Assembly (NCBI RefSeq): GCF_009914755.1
Contig: NC_060944.1
Direction: 5' to 3' (one strand)
DNA from: the human T2T-CHM13v2.0 reference genome, Homo sapiens
Length of the DNA: 64,000 nucleotides
In this document: piece by piece, positions 1 through 11,600 of the stretch
How the letters are laid out: the number at the start of each line of letters is the position of its first letter
Position numbering within the stretch: position 1 is the stretch's first letter
Position numbers and translations under genes: made by a program
Notes under the pieces: generated by a model
What the model was told of the DNA's origin: nothing
Database searches by the model: none
The model's input: the letters and a program-made list of their open reading frames with translations, nothing else

Positions 1-288
1 AAACTTCTTTGTGATGTTTGCATTGAAGTCACAGAGTTGAACATTCCCTTTGAGAGAGCAGGTTTGAAACACGCCTTTTGTCATATCTGGAAGTGTCCAT
101 TCGGAGCGCATTCAGGCTTGTGTTGAAACAGGAAATATCCTCCCATAAAAACTAGACAGAAGCATTCTCAGAAACTTATTTGTGATGTATGTACTCAACT
201 AACAGAACTAAACCATCGTTTTGAAGGAGCAGTTTTGAAACACTCTTTTTGCGGAATCTGCAAGTGGATATTTGGCTAGCTGGGAGGA

Positions 289-305
289 TTTCGTTGGAAA
301 CGGGA
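289..305 (+). promoter_or_regulatory. CENP-B box 1 (canonical; recurs in each HOR)
   Basis: TTTCGTTGGAAACGGGA matches the core NTTCGNNNNANNCGGGN. Confidence 0.95.
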
Positions 306-455
306 TTACATACAAAAAGCAGACAGCAGCATTCTCAGAAACTTCTTTGTGATGTTTGCATTCAAGTCACAGAGTTGAACATTCCCTTTCATAGAGCAGG
401 TTTGAAACACTCTTTTTGTAGTATCTGGATGTGGACATTTGGATCGCTTTCAGGC

Positions 456-472
456 CTATGGTGAAAAAGGAA
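456..472 (+). promoter_or_regulatory. pJalpha / A-box motif of an A-type monomer (variants occur in every second monomer)
   Basis: CTATGGTGAAAAAGGAA at the monomer position homologous to the CENP-B box. Confidence 0.8.
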
Positions 473-626
473 ATATCTTCCCATGAAAACTAGACAGAAG
501 CATTCTCAGAAACTTATTTGTGATGTGTGCCCTCAACTGACAGTGTTGAACCTTTGTTTTGATAGAGCAGTTCTGAAACACACTTTTTGTAAAATCTGCA
601 AGAGGATATTTGGATAGCTTTGAGGA

Positions 627-643
627 TTTCGTTGGAAACGGGA
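627..643 (+). promoter_or_regulatory. CENP-B box 2 (canonical)
   Basis: TTTCGTTGGAAACGGGA. Confidence 0.95.
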
Positions 644-968
644 ATGTCTTCATGTAAACTCTAGACAGAAGCATTCTCAGAAACTGCTTTGGGATGTTTC
701 AATTGAAGTCCCAGTGTTGAACATTCCCATTCATAGAGCAGGTTTGAAACACTCTTTTTGTAGTATCTGGAAGTGGACATTTGGAGCGCTTTCAGGTCTA
801 CGGTGAAAAAGGAGATATCTTCCAATAAAAACTAGATAGAAGCAATGTCAGAACTCTTTTCATGATGTATCTACTCAGCAAACAGAGTTGAACCTTTCTT
901 TTGAGAGAGCAGTTTTGAAACACTCTTTTTGTGGAATATGCAAGTGGGTATTAGGCCAGCTTGGAGGA

Positions 969-985
969 TTTCGTTGGAAACGGGA
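969..985 (+). promoter_or_regulatory. CENP-B box 3 (canonical)
   Basis: TTTCGTTGGAAACGGGA. Confidence 0.95.
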
Positions 986-1306
986 ATACGTATAAAAAGC
1001 AGACAGCAGCATTGTCAGAAACTACTTTGTGATGTTTGCATTCAAGTCACAGAATTGAACACTCCCTTTCACAGAGCAGGTTTGAAACACTCTTTTTGTA
1101 GTGTCTGTAAGTGAACATTTGGATTGCTTTCAGGCCTAAGGTGAAAAAGGAAATATCTTCCCATAAAAACTAGACAGAAGCATTCTCAGAAACTTGTTTG
1201 TGATGTGTGCCCTCTACTGACAGAGTTGAACCTTTCTTTGCAAAGAGCAGTTTTGAAACACTCTTTTTGTAGAATCTGCAAGAGGATATTTGGATAGCTT
1301 TGAGGA

Positions 1307-1323
1307 TTTCTTGGGAAACGGGA
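1307..1323 (+). promoter_or_regulatory. Degenerate CENP-B box 4 (predicted non-binding)
   Basis: TTTCTTGGGAAACGGGA: core TTCG changed to TTCT; the same allele is seen in all copies. Confidence 0.85.
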
Positions 1324-1648
1324 ATGTCTTCAGATAAACTCTAGACAGAAGCATTCTCAGAAACTTCTTTGGGATGTTTCAATTGAAGTCACAGTGTTGA
1401 ACATTCCCTTTCACAGAGCAGGTTTGAAACACTCTTTTTGTAGTGTCTATAAGTGAACATTTGGCGTGCTTTCAGGCCTAACGTGAAAAAGGAAATATCT
1501 TCCCATAAAAACTAGACAGAAGCATTCTCAGAAACTTGTTCTTGATGTGTGCCCTCTACTGACAGAGTTGAACCTTTCTTTGCAAAGAGCAGCTTTGAAA
1601 CACTCTTTTTGTAGAATCTGCAAGAGGATATTTGGATAGCTTGGAGGA

Positions 1649-1665
1649 TTTCGTTGGAAACGGGT
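1649..1665 (+). promoter_or_regulatory. CENP-B box 5 (core intact; lost in copies 7, 10 and 13)
   Basis: TTTCGTTGGAAACGGGT; only non-core position 17 differs. Confidence 0.9.
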
Positions 1666-1989
1666 ATGTCTTCAGATAAACTCTAGACAGAAGCATTCTC
1701 AGAAACTTCTTTGGGATGTTGCATTCAAGTCACAGAGTAGAACATTCCCATTCATAGAGCAGATTTGAAACACTCTTTTTGTAGTATCTGGAAGTGGACA
1801 TTTGGAGCGCTTTCAGGCCTATGTTGAAAAAGGAAATATCTTCCCATAAAAACTAGACGGAAGCATTCTCAGAAACTTATTTGTGATGTGTTTGCTCAAC
1901 TAACAGGATTGAACCATCGTTTTGAAGGAGCAGTTTTGAAACACTGTTTTCGTGGAATCTGCAAGTGGATATTTGGCTAGCTTTGAGGA

Positions 1990-2006
1990 TTTCGTTGGAA
2001 ACGGGA
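1990..2006 (+). promoter_or_regulatory. CENP-B box 6 (canonical)
   Basis: TTTCGTTGGAAACGGGA. Confidence 0.95.
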
Positions 2007-2327
2007 TTACATATAAAAAGGAGACAGCAGCATTCTCAGAAACTTCTTTGTGATGTCTGCATTCAATTCACAGAGTTGAGCATTCCCTTTCATAGAGCAG
2101 GTTGGAAACACTCTTTTTGTAGTATCTGGATGAGGACATTTGGAGCGCTTTCAGGCGTATGGTGAAAAAGGAAATATCTTCCCGTAAAAACTAGACAGAA
2201 GCCTTCTCAGAAGTTTATTTGTGATGTGTGCCCTCAACTAACAGAGTTGAACCTTTCTTTTGATAGAGCAGTTTTGAAACACTCTTTTTGTAAAATCTGC
2301 AAGAGGATATTTGGATAGCTTTGAGGA

Positions 2328-2344
2328 TTTCGTTGCAAACGGGA
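2328..2344 (+). promoter_or_regulatory. CENP-B box 7 (core intact, non-core variant)
   Basis: TTTCGTTGCAAACGGGA; G9>C lies outside the 9 core bases. Confidence 0.88.
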
Positions 2345-2669
2345 ATGGCTTCATATAAACTCTAGACAGAAGCATTCTCAGAAACTTCGTTGGGATGTTT
2401 CGATTGAAGTCCCAGTGTTGAACATTCCCTTTTATAGAGCAGGTTGGAAACACTCTTTCTGCATTCCCTGGAAGTGGACATTTGGAGCGCTTTCAGGACG
2501 ACGGTGAAAATGGAAATATCTTCCAAGAAAATCTAGATAGAAGCAACGTCAGAAACTTTTATGTGATGGATCTACTCAGCTAACAGAGTTGAACCTTTCT
2601 TTTGAGAGAGCAGTTTTGCAACACTCTTTTTGTGGAATATGCAAGTGGATATTAGGGCAGCTTTGAGGA

Positions 2670-2686
2670 TTTCGTTGGAAACGGGA
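2670..2686 (+). promoter_or_regulatory. CENP-B box 8 (canonical)
   Basis: TTTCGTTGGAAACGGGA. Confidence 0.95.
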
Positions 2687-5600
2687 ATACATGTAAAAAG
2701 CAGACAGCAGCATTCTCAGAAACTTCTTTGTGATGTTTGCATTGAAGTCACAGAGTTGAACATTCCCTTTGAGAGAGCAGGTTTGAAACACGCCTTTTGT
2801 CATATCTGGAAGTGTCCATTCGGAGCGCATTCAGGCTTGTGTTGAAAAAGGAAATATCCTCCCATAAAAACTAGACAGAAGCATTCTCAGAAACTTATTT
2901 GTGATGTATGTACTCAACTAACAGAACTAAACCATCGTTTTGAAGGAGCAGTTTTGAAACACTCTTTTTGCGGAATCTCCAAGTGGATATTTGGCTAGCT
3001 GGGAGGATTTCGTTGGAAACGGGATTACATACAAAAAGCAGACAGCAGCATTCTCAGAAACTTCTTTGTGATGTTTGCATTCAAGTCACAGAGTTGAACA
3101 TTCCCTTTCATAGAGCAGGTTTGAAACACTCTTTTTGTAGTATCTGGATGTGGACATTTGGATCGCTTTCAGGCCTATGGTGAAAAAGGAAATATCTTCC
3201 CATGAAAACTAGACAGAAGCATTCTCAGAAACTTATTTGTGATGTGTGCCCTCAACTGACAGTGTTGAACCTTTGTTTTGATAGAGCAGTTCTGAAACAC
3301 ACTTTTTGTAAAATCTGCAAGAGGATATTTGGATAGCTTTGAGGATTTCGTTGGAAACGGGAATGTCTTCATGTAAACTCTAGACAGAAGCATTCTCAGA
3401 AACTGCTTTGAGATGTTTCAATTGAAGTCCCAGTGTTGAACATTCCCTTTCATAGAGCAGGTTTGAAACACTCTTTTTGTACTATCTGGAAGTGGACATT
3501 TGGAGCGCTTTCAGGTCTACGGTGAAAAAGGAGATATCTTCCAATAAAAACTAGATAGAAGCAATGTCAGAACTTTTTTCATGATGTATCTACTCAGCAA
3601 ACAGAGTTGAACCTTTCTTTTGAGAGAGCAGTTTTGAAACACTCTTTTTGTGGAATATGCAAGTGGGTATTAGGCCAGCTTGGAGGATTTCGTTGGAAAC
3701 GGGAATACGTATAAAAAGCAGACAGCAGCATTGTCAGAAACTACTTTGTGATGTTTGCATTCAAGTCACAGAATTGAACACTCCCTTTCACAGAGCAGGT
3801 TTGAAACACTCTTTTTGTAGTGTCTGTAAGTGAACATTTGGATTGCTTTCAGGCCTAAGGTGAAAAAGGAAATATCTTCCCATAAAAACTAGACAGAAGC
3901 ATTCTCAGAAACTTGTTTGTGATGTGTGCCCTCTACTGACAGAGTTGAACCTTTCTTTGCAAAGAGCAGTTTTGAAACACTCTTTTTGTAGAATCTGCAA
4001 GAGGATATTTGGATAGCTTTGAGGATTTCTTGGGAAACGGGAATGTCTTCAGATAAACTCTAGACAGAAGCATTCTCAGAAACTTCTTTGGGATGTTTCA
4101 ATTGAAGTCACAGTGTTGAACATTCCCTTTCACAGAGCAGGTTTGAAACACTCTTTTTGTAGTGTCTATAAGTGAACATTTGGCGTGCTTTCAGGCCTAA
4201 CGTGAAAAAGGAAATATCTTCCCATAAAAACTAGACAGAAGCATTCTCAGAAACTTGTTCTTGATGTGTCCCCTCTACTGACAGAGTTGAACCTTTCTTT
4301 GCAAAGAGCAGCTTTGAAACACTCTTTTTGTAGAATCTGCAAGAGGATATTTGGATAGCTTGGAGGATTTCGTTGGAAACGGGTATGTCTTCAGATAAAC
4401 TCTAGACAGAAGCATTCTCAGAAACTTCTTTGGGAAGTTGCATTCAAGTCACAGAGTAGAACATTCCCATTCATAGAGCAGATTTGAAACACTCTTTTTG
4501 TAGTATCTGGAAGTGGACATTTGGAGCGCTTTCAGGCCTATGTTGAAAAAGGAAATATCTTCCCATAAAAACTAGACGGAAGCATTCTCAGAAACTTATT
4601 TGTGATGTGTTTGCTCAACTAACAGGATTGAACCATCGTTTTGAAGGAGCAGTTTTGAAACACTGTTTTCGTGGAATCTGCAAGTGGATATTTGGCTAGC
4701 TTTGAGGATTTCGTTGGAAACGGGATTACATATAAAAAGGAGACAGCAGCATTCTCAGAAACTTCTTTGTGATGTCTGCATTCAATTCACAGAGTTGAGC
4801 ATTCCCTTTCATAGAGCAGGTTGGAAACACTCTTTTTGTAGTATCTGGATGAGGACATTTGGAGCGCTTTCAGGCGTATGGTGAAAAAGGAAATATCTTC
4901 CCGTAAAAACTAGACAGAAGCCTTCTCAGAAGTTTATTTGTGATGTGTGCCCTCAACTAACAGAGTTGAACCTTTCTTTTGATAGAGCAGTTTTGAAACA
5001 CTCTTTTTGTAAAATCTGCAAGAGGATATTTGGATAGCTTTGAGGATTTCGTTGCAAACGGGAATGGCTTCATATAAACTCTAGACAGAAGCATTCTCAG
5101 AAACTTCGTTGGGATGTTTCGATTGAAGTCCCAGTGTTGAACATTCCCTTTTATAGAGCAGGTTGGAAACACTCTTTCTGCATTCCCTGGAAGTGGACAT
5201 TTGGAGCGCTTTCAGGACGACGGTGAAAATGGAAATATCTTCCAAGAAAATCTAGATAGAAGCAATGTCAGAAACTTTTATGTGATGGATCTACTCAGCT
5301 AACAGAGTTGAACCTTTCTTTTGAGAGAGCAGTTTTGCAACACTCTTTTTGTGGAATATGCAAGTGGATATTAGGGCAGCTTTGAGGATTTCGTTGGAAA
5401 CGGGAATACATGTAAAAAGCAGACAGCAGCATTCTCAGAAACTTCTTTGTGATGTTTGCATTGAAGTCACAGAGTTGAACATTCCCTTTGAGAGAGCAGG
5501 TTTGAAACACGCCTTTTGTCATATCTGGAAGTGTCCATTCGGAGCGCATTCAGGCTTGTGTTGAAAAAGGAAATATCCTCCCATAAAAACTAGACAGAAG

Positions 5601-8600
5601 CATTCTCAGAAACTTATCTGTGATGTATGTACTCAACTAACAGAACTAAACCATCGTTTTGAAGGAGCAGTTTTGAAACACTCTTTTTGCGGAATCTGCA
5701 AGTGGATATTTGGCTAGCTGGGAGGATTTCGTTGGAAACGGGATTACATACAAAAAGCAGAGAGCAGCATTCTCAGAAACTTCTTTGTGATGTTTGCATT
5801 CAAGTCACAGAGTTGAACATTCCCTTTCATAGAGCAGGTTTGAAACACTCTTTTTGTAGTATCTGGATGTGGACATTTGGATCGCTTTCAGGCCTATGGT
5901 GAAAAAGGAAATATCTTCCCATGAAAACTAGACAGAAGCATTCTCAGAAACTTATTTGTGATGTGTGCCCTCAACTGACAGTGTTGAACCTTTGTTTTGA
6001 TAGAGCAGTTCTGAAACACACTTTTTGTAAAATCTGCAAGAGGATATTTGGATAGCTTTGAGGATTTCGTTGGAAACGGGAATGTCTTCATGTAAACTCT
6101 GGACAGAAGCATTCTCAGAAACTGCTTTGGGATGTTTCAATTGAAGTCCCAGTGTTGAACATTCCCTTTCATAGAGCAGGTTTGAAACACTCTTTTTGTA
6201 CTATCTGGAAGTGGACATTTGGAGCGCTTTCAGGTCTACGGTGAAAAAGGAGATATCTTCCAATAAAAACTAGATAGAAGCAATGTCAGAACTTTTTTCA
6301 TGATGTATCTACTCAGCAAACAGAGTTGAACCTTTCTTTTGAGAGAGCAGTTTTGAAACACTCTTTTTGTGGAATATGCAAGTGGGTATTAGGCCAGCTT
6401 GGAGGATTTCGTTGGAAACGGGAATACGTATAAAAAGCAGACAGCAGCATTGTCAGAAACTACTTTGTGATGTTTGCATTCAAGTCACAGAATTGAACAC
6501 TCCCTTTCACAGAGCAGGTTTGAAACACTCTTTTTGTAGTGTCTGTAAGTGAACATTTGGATTGCTTTCAGGCCTAAGGTGAAAAAGGAAATATCTTCCC
6601 ATAAAAACTAGACAGAAGCATTCTCAGAAACTTGTTTGTGATGTGTGCCCTCTACTGACAGAGTTGAACCTTTCTTTGCAAAGAGCAGTTTTGAAACACT
6701 CTTTTTGTAGAATCTGCAAGAGGATATTTGGATAGCTTTGAGGATTTCTTGGGAAACGGGAATGTCTTCAGATAAACTCTAGACAGAAGCATTCTCAGAA
6801 ACTTCTTTGGGATGTTTCAATTGAAGTCACAGTGTTGAACATTCCCTTTCACAGAGCAGGTTTGAAACACTCTTTTTGTAGTGTCTATAAGTGAACATTT
6901 GGCGTGCTTTCAGGCCTAACGTGAAAAAGGAAATATCTTCCCATAAAAACTAGACAGAAGCATTCTCAGAAACTTGTTCTTGATGTGTCCCCTCTACTGA
7001 CAGAGTTGAACCTTTCTTTGCAAAGAGCAGCTTTGAAACACTCTTTTTGTAGAATCTGCAAGAGGATATTTGGATAGCTTGGAGGATTTCGTTGGAAACG
7101 GGTATGTCTTCAGATAAACTCTAGACAGAAGCATTCTCAGAAACTTCTTTGGGAAGTTGCATTCAAGTCACAGAGTAGAACATTCCCATTCATAGAGCAG
7201 ATTTGAAACACTCTTTTTGTAGTATCTGGAAGTGGACATTTGGAGCGCTTTCAGGCCTATGTTGAAAAAGGAAATATCTTCCCATAAAAACTAGACGGAA
7301 GCATTCTCAGAAACTTATTTGTGATGTGTTTGCTCAACTAACAGGATTGAACCATCGTTTTGAAGGAGCAGTTTTGAAACACTGTTTTCGTGGAATCTGC
7401 AAGTGGATATTTGGCTAGCTTTGAGGATTTCGTTGGAAACGGGATTACATATAAAAAGGAGACAGCAGCATTCTCAGAAACTTCTTTGTGATGTCTGCAT
7501 TCAATTCACAGAGTTGAGCATTCCCTTTCATAGAGCAGGTTGGAAACACTCTTTTTGTAGTATCTGGATGAGGACATTTGGAGCGCTTTCAGGCGTATGG
7601 TGAAAAAGGAAATATCTTCCCGTAAAAACTAGACAGAAGCCTTCTCAGAAGTTTATTTGTGATGTGTGCCCTCAACTAACAGAGTTGAACCTTTCTTTTG
7701 ATAGAGCAGTTTTGAAACACTCTTTTTGTAAAATCTGCAAGAGGATATTTGGATAGCTTTGAGGATTTCGTTGCAAACGGGAATGGCTTCATATAAACTC
7801 TAGACAGAAGCATTCTCAGAAACTTCGTTGGGATGTTTCGATTGAAGTCCCAGTGTTGAACATTCCCTTTTATAGAGCAGGTTGGAAACACTCTTTCTGC
7901 ATTCCCTGGAAGTGGACATTTGGAGCGCTTTCAGGACGACGGTGAAAATGGAAATATCTTCCAAGAAAATCTAGATAGAAGCAATGTCAGAAACTTTTAT
8001 GTGATGGATCTACTCAGCTAACAGAGTTGAACCTTTCTTTTGAGAGAGCAGTTTTGCAACACTCTTTTTGTGGAATATGCAAGTGGATATTAGGGCAGCT
8101 TTGAGGATTTCGTTGGAAACGGGAATACATGTAAAAAGCAGACAGCAGCATTCTCAGAAACTTCTTTGTGATGTTTGCATTGAAGTCACAGAGTTGAACA
8201 TTCCCTTTGAGAGAGCAGGTTTGAAACACGCCTTTTGTCATATCTGGAAGTGTCCATTCGGAGCGCATTCAGGCTTGTGTTGAAAAAGGAAATATCCTCC
8301 CATAAAAACTAGACAGAAGCATTCTCAGAAACTTATCTGTGATGTATGTACTCAACTAACAGAACTAAACCATCGTTTTGAAGGAGCAGTTTTGAAACAC
8401 TCTTTTTGCGGAATCTGCAAGTGGATATTTGGCTAGCTGGGAGGATTTCGTTGGAAACGGGATTACATACAAAAAGCAGAGAGCAGCATTCTCAGAAACT
8501 TCTTTGTGATGTTTGCATTCAAGTCACAGAGTTGAACATTCCCTTTCATAGAGCAGGTTTGAAACACTCTTTTTGTAGTATCTGGATGTGGACATTTGGA

Positions 8601-11600
8601 TCGCTTTCAGGCCTATGGTGAAAAAGGAAATATCTTCCCATGAAAACTAGACAGAAGCATTCTCAGAAACTTATTTGTGATGTGTGCCCTCAACTGACAG
8701 TGTTGAACCTTTGTTTTGATAGAGCAGTTCTGAAACACACTTTTTGTAAAATCTGCAAGAGGATATTTGGATAGCTTTGAGGATTTCGTTGGAAACGGGA
8801 ATGTCTTCATGTAAACTCTGGACAGAAGCATTCTCAGAAACTGCTTTGGGATGTTTCAATTGAAGTCCCAGTGTTGAACATTCCCTTTCATAGAGCAGGT
8901 TTGAAACACTCTTTTTGTACTATCTGGAAGTGGACATTTGGAGCGCTTTCAGGTCTACGGTGAAAAAGGAGATATCTTCCAATAAAAACTAGATAGAAGC
9001 AATGTCAGAACTTTTTTCATGATGTATCTACTCAGCAAACAGAGTTGAACCTTTCTTTTGAGAGAGCAGTTTTGAAACACTCTTTTTGTGGAATATGCAA
9101 GTGGGTATTAGGCCAGCTTGGAGGATTTCGTTGGAAACGGGAATACGTATAAAAAGCAGACAGCAGCATTGTCAGAAACTACTTTGTGATGTTTGCATTC
9201 AAGTCACAGAATTGAACACTCCCTTTCACAGAGCAGGTTTGAAACACTCTTTTTGTAGTGTCTGTAAGTGAACATTTGGATTGCTTTCAGGCCTAAGGTG
9301 AAAAAGGAAATATCTTCCCATAAAAACTAGACAGAAGCATTCTCAGAAACTTGTTTGTGATGTGTGCCCTCTACTGACAGAGTTGAACCTTTCTTTGCAA
9401 AGAGCAGTTTTGAAACACTCTTTTTGTAGAATCTGCAAGAGGATATTTGGATAGCTTTGAGGATTTCTTGGGAAACGGGAATGTCTTCAGATAAACTCTA
9501 GACAGAAGCATTCTCAGAAACTTCTTTGGGATGTTTCAATTGAAGTCACAGTGTTGAACATTCCCTTTCACAGAGCAGGTTTGAAACACTCTTTTTGTAG
9601 TGTCTATAAGTGAACATTTGGCGTGCTTTCAGGCCTAACGTGAAAAAGGAAATATCTTCCCATAAAAACTAGACAGAAGCATTCTCAGAAACTTGTTCTT
9701 GATGTGTCCCCTCTACTGACAGAGTTGAACCTTTCTTTGCAAAGAGCAGCTTTGAAACACTCTTTTTGTAGAATCTGCAAGAGGATATTTGGATAGCTTG
9801 GAGGATTTCGTTGGAAACGGGTATGTCTTCAGATAAACTCTAGACAGAAGCATTCTCAGAAACTTCTTTGGGATGTTGCATTCAAGTCACAGAGTAGAAC
9901 ATTCCCATTCATAGAGCAGATTTGAAACACTCTTTTTGTAGTATCTGGAAGTGGACATTTGGAGCGCTTTCAGGCCTATGTTGAAAAAGGAAATATCTTC
10001 CCATAAAAACTAGACGGAAGCATTCTCAGAAACTTATTTGTGATGTGTTTGCTCAACTAACAGGATTGAACCATCGTTTTGAAGGAGCAGTTTTGAAACA
10101 CTGTTTTCGTGGAATCTGCAAGTGGATATTTGGCTAGCTTTGAGGATTTCGTTGGAAACGGGATTACATATAAAAAGGAGACAGCAGCATTCTCAGAAAC
10201 TTCTTTGTGATGTCTGCATTCAATTCACAGAGTTGAGCATTCCCTTTCATAGAGCAGGTTGGAAACACTCTTTTTGTAGTATCTGGATGAGGACATTTGG
10301 AGCGCTTTCAGGCGTATGGTGAAAAAGGAAATATCTTCCCGTAAAAACTAGACAGAAGCATTCTCAGAAGTTTATTTGTGATGTGTGCCCTCAACTAACA
10401 GAGTTGAACCTTTCTTTTGATAGAGCAGTTTTGAAACACTCTTTTTGTAAAATCTGCAAGAGGATATTTGGATAGCTTTGAGGATTTCGTTGCAAACGGG
10501 AATGGCTTCATATAAACTCTAGACAGAAGCATTCTCAGAAACTTCGTTGGGATGTTTCGATTGAAGTCCCAGTGTTGAACATTCCCTTTTATAGAGCAGG
10601 TTGGAAACACTCTTTCTGCATTCCCTGGAAGTGGACATTTGGAGCGCTTTCAGGACGACGGTGAAAATGGAAATATCTTCCAAGAAAATCTAGATAGAAG
10701 CAATGTCAGAAACTTTTATGTGATGGATCTACTCAGCTAACAGAGTTGAACCTTTCTTTTGAGAGAGCAGTTTTGCAACACTCTTTTTGTGGAATATGCA
10801 AGTGGATATTAGGGCAGCTTTGAGGATTTCGTTGGAAACGGGAATACATGTAAAAAGCAGACAGCAGCATTCTCAGAAACTTCTTTGTGATGTTTGCATT
10901 GAAGTCACAGAGTTGAACATTCCCTTTGAGAGAGCAGGTTTGAAACACGCCTTTTGTCATATCTGGAAGTGTCCATTCGGAGCGCATTCAGGCTTGTGTT
11001 GAAAAAGGAAATATCCTCCCATAAAAACTAGACAGAAGCATTCTCAGAAACTTATCTGTGATGTATGTACTCAACTAACAGAACTAAACCATCGTTTTGA
11101 AGGAGCAGTTTTGAAACACTCTTTTTGCGGAATCTGCAAGTGGATATTTGGCTAGCTGGGAGGATTTCGTTGGAAACGGGATTACATACAAAAAGCAGAC
11201 AGCAGCATTCTCAGAAACTTCTTTGTGATGTTTGCATTCAAGTCACAGAGTTGAACATTCCCTTTCATAGAGCAGGTTTGAAACACTCTTTTTGTAGTAT
11301 CTGGATGTGGACATTTGGATCGCTTTCAGGCCTATGGTGAAAAAGGAAATATCTTCCCATGAAGACTAGACAGAAGCATTCTCAGAAACTTATTTGTGAT
11401 GTGTGCCCTCAACTGACAGTGTTGACCCTTTGTTTTGATAGAGCAGTTCTGAAACACACTTTTTGTAAAATCTGCAAGAGGATATTTGGATAGCTTTGAG
11501 GATTTCGTTGGAAACGGGAATGTCTTCATGTAAACTCTAGACAGAAGCATTCTCAGAAACTGCTTTGGGATGTTTCAATTGAAGTCCCAGTGTTGAACAT

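Larger units (their letters stand above)
1..2719 (+). repeat. HOR copy 1 (reference unit: 16 monomers = 8 A/B dimers)
   Basis: AAACTTCTTTGTGATGTTTGCATTGAAGTC at position 1 recurs at 2720. Box-to-box spacings of 338, 342, 338, 342, 341, 338, 342 and 338 bp sum to 2,719. Confidence 0.97.

Noticed and set aside
2385-2401. CTTCGTTGGGATGTTTC, resembling an extra CENP-B box
   Set aside because: It has only the left half, lacks the core A at position 10 and the CGGG, and is a variant of the ordinary monomer start CTTCTTTGGGATG.
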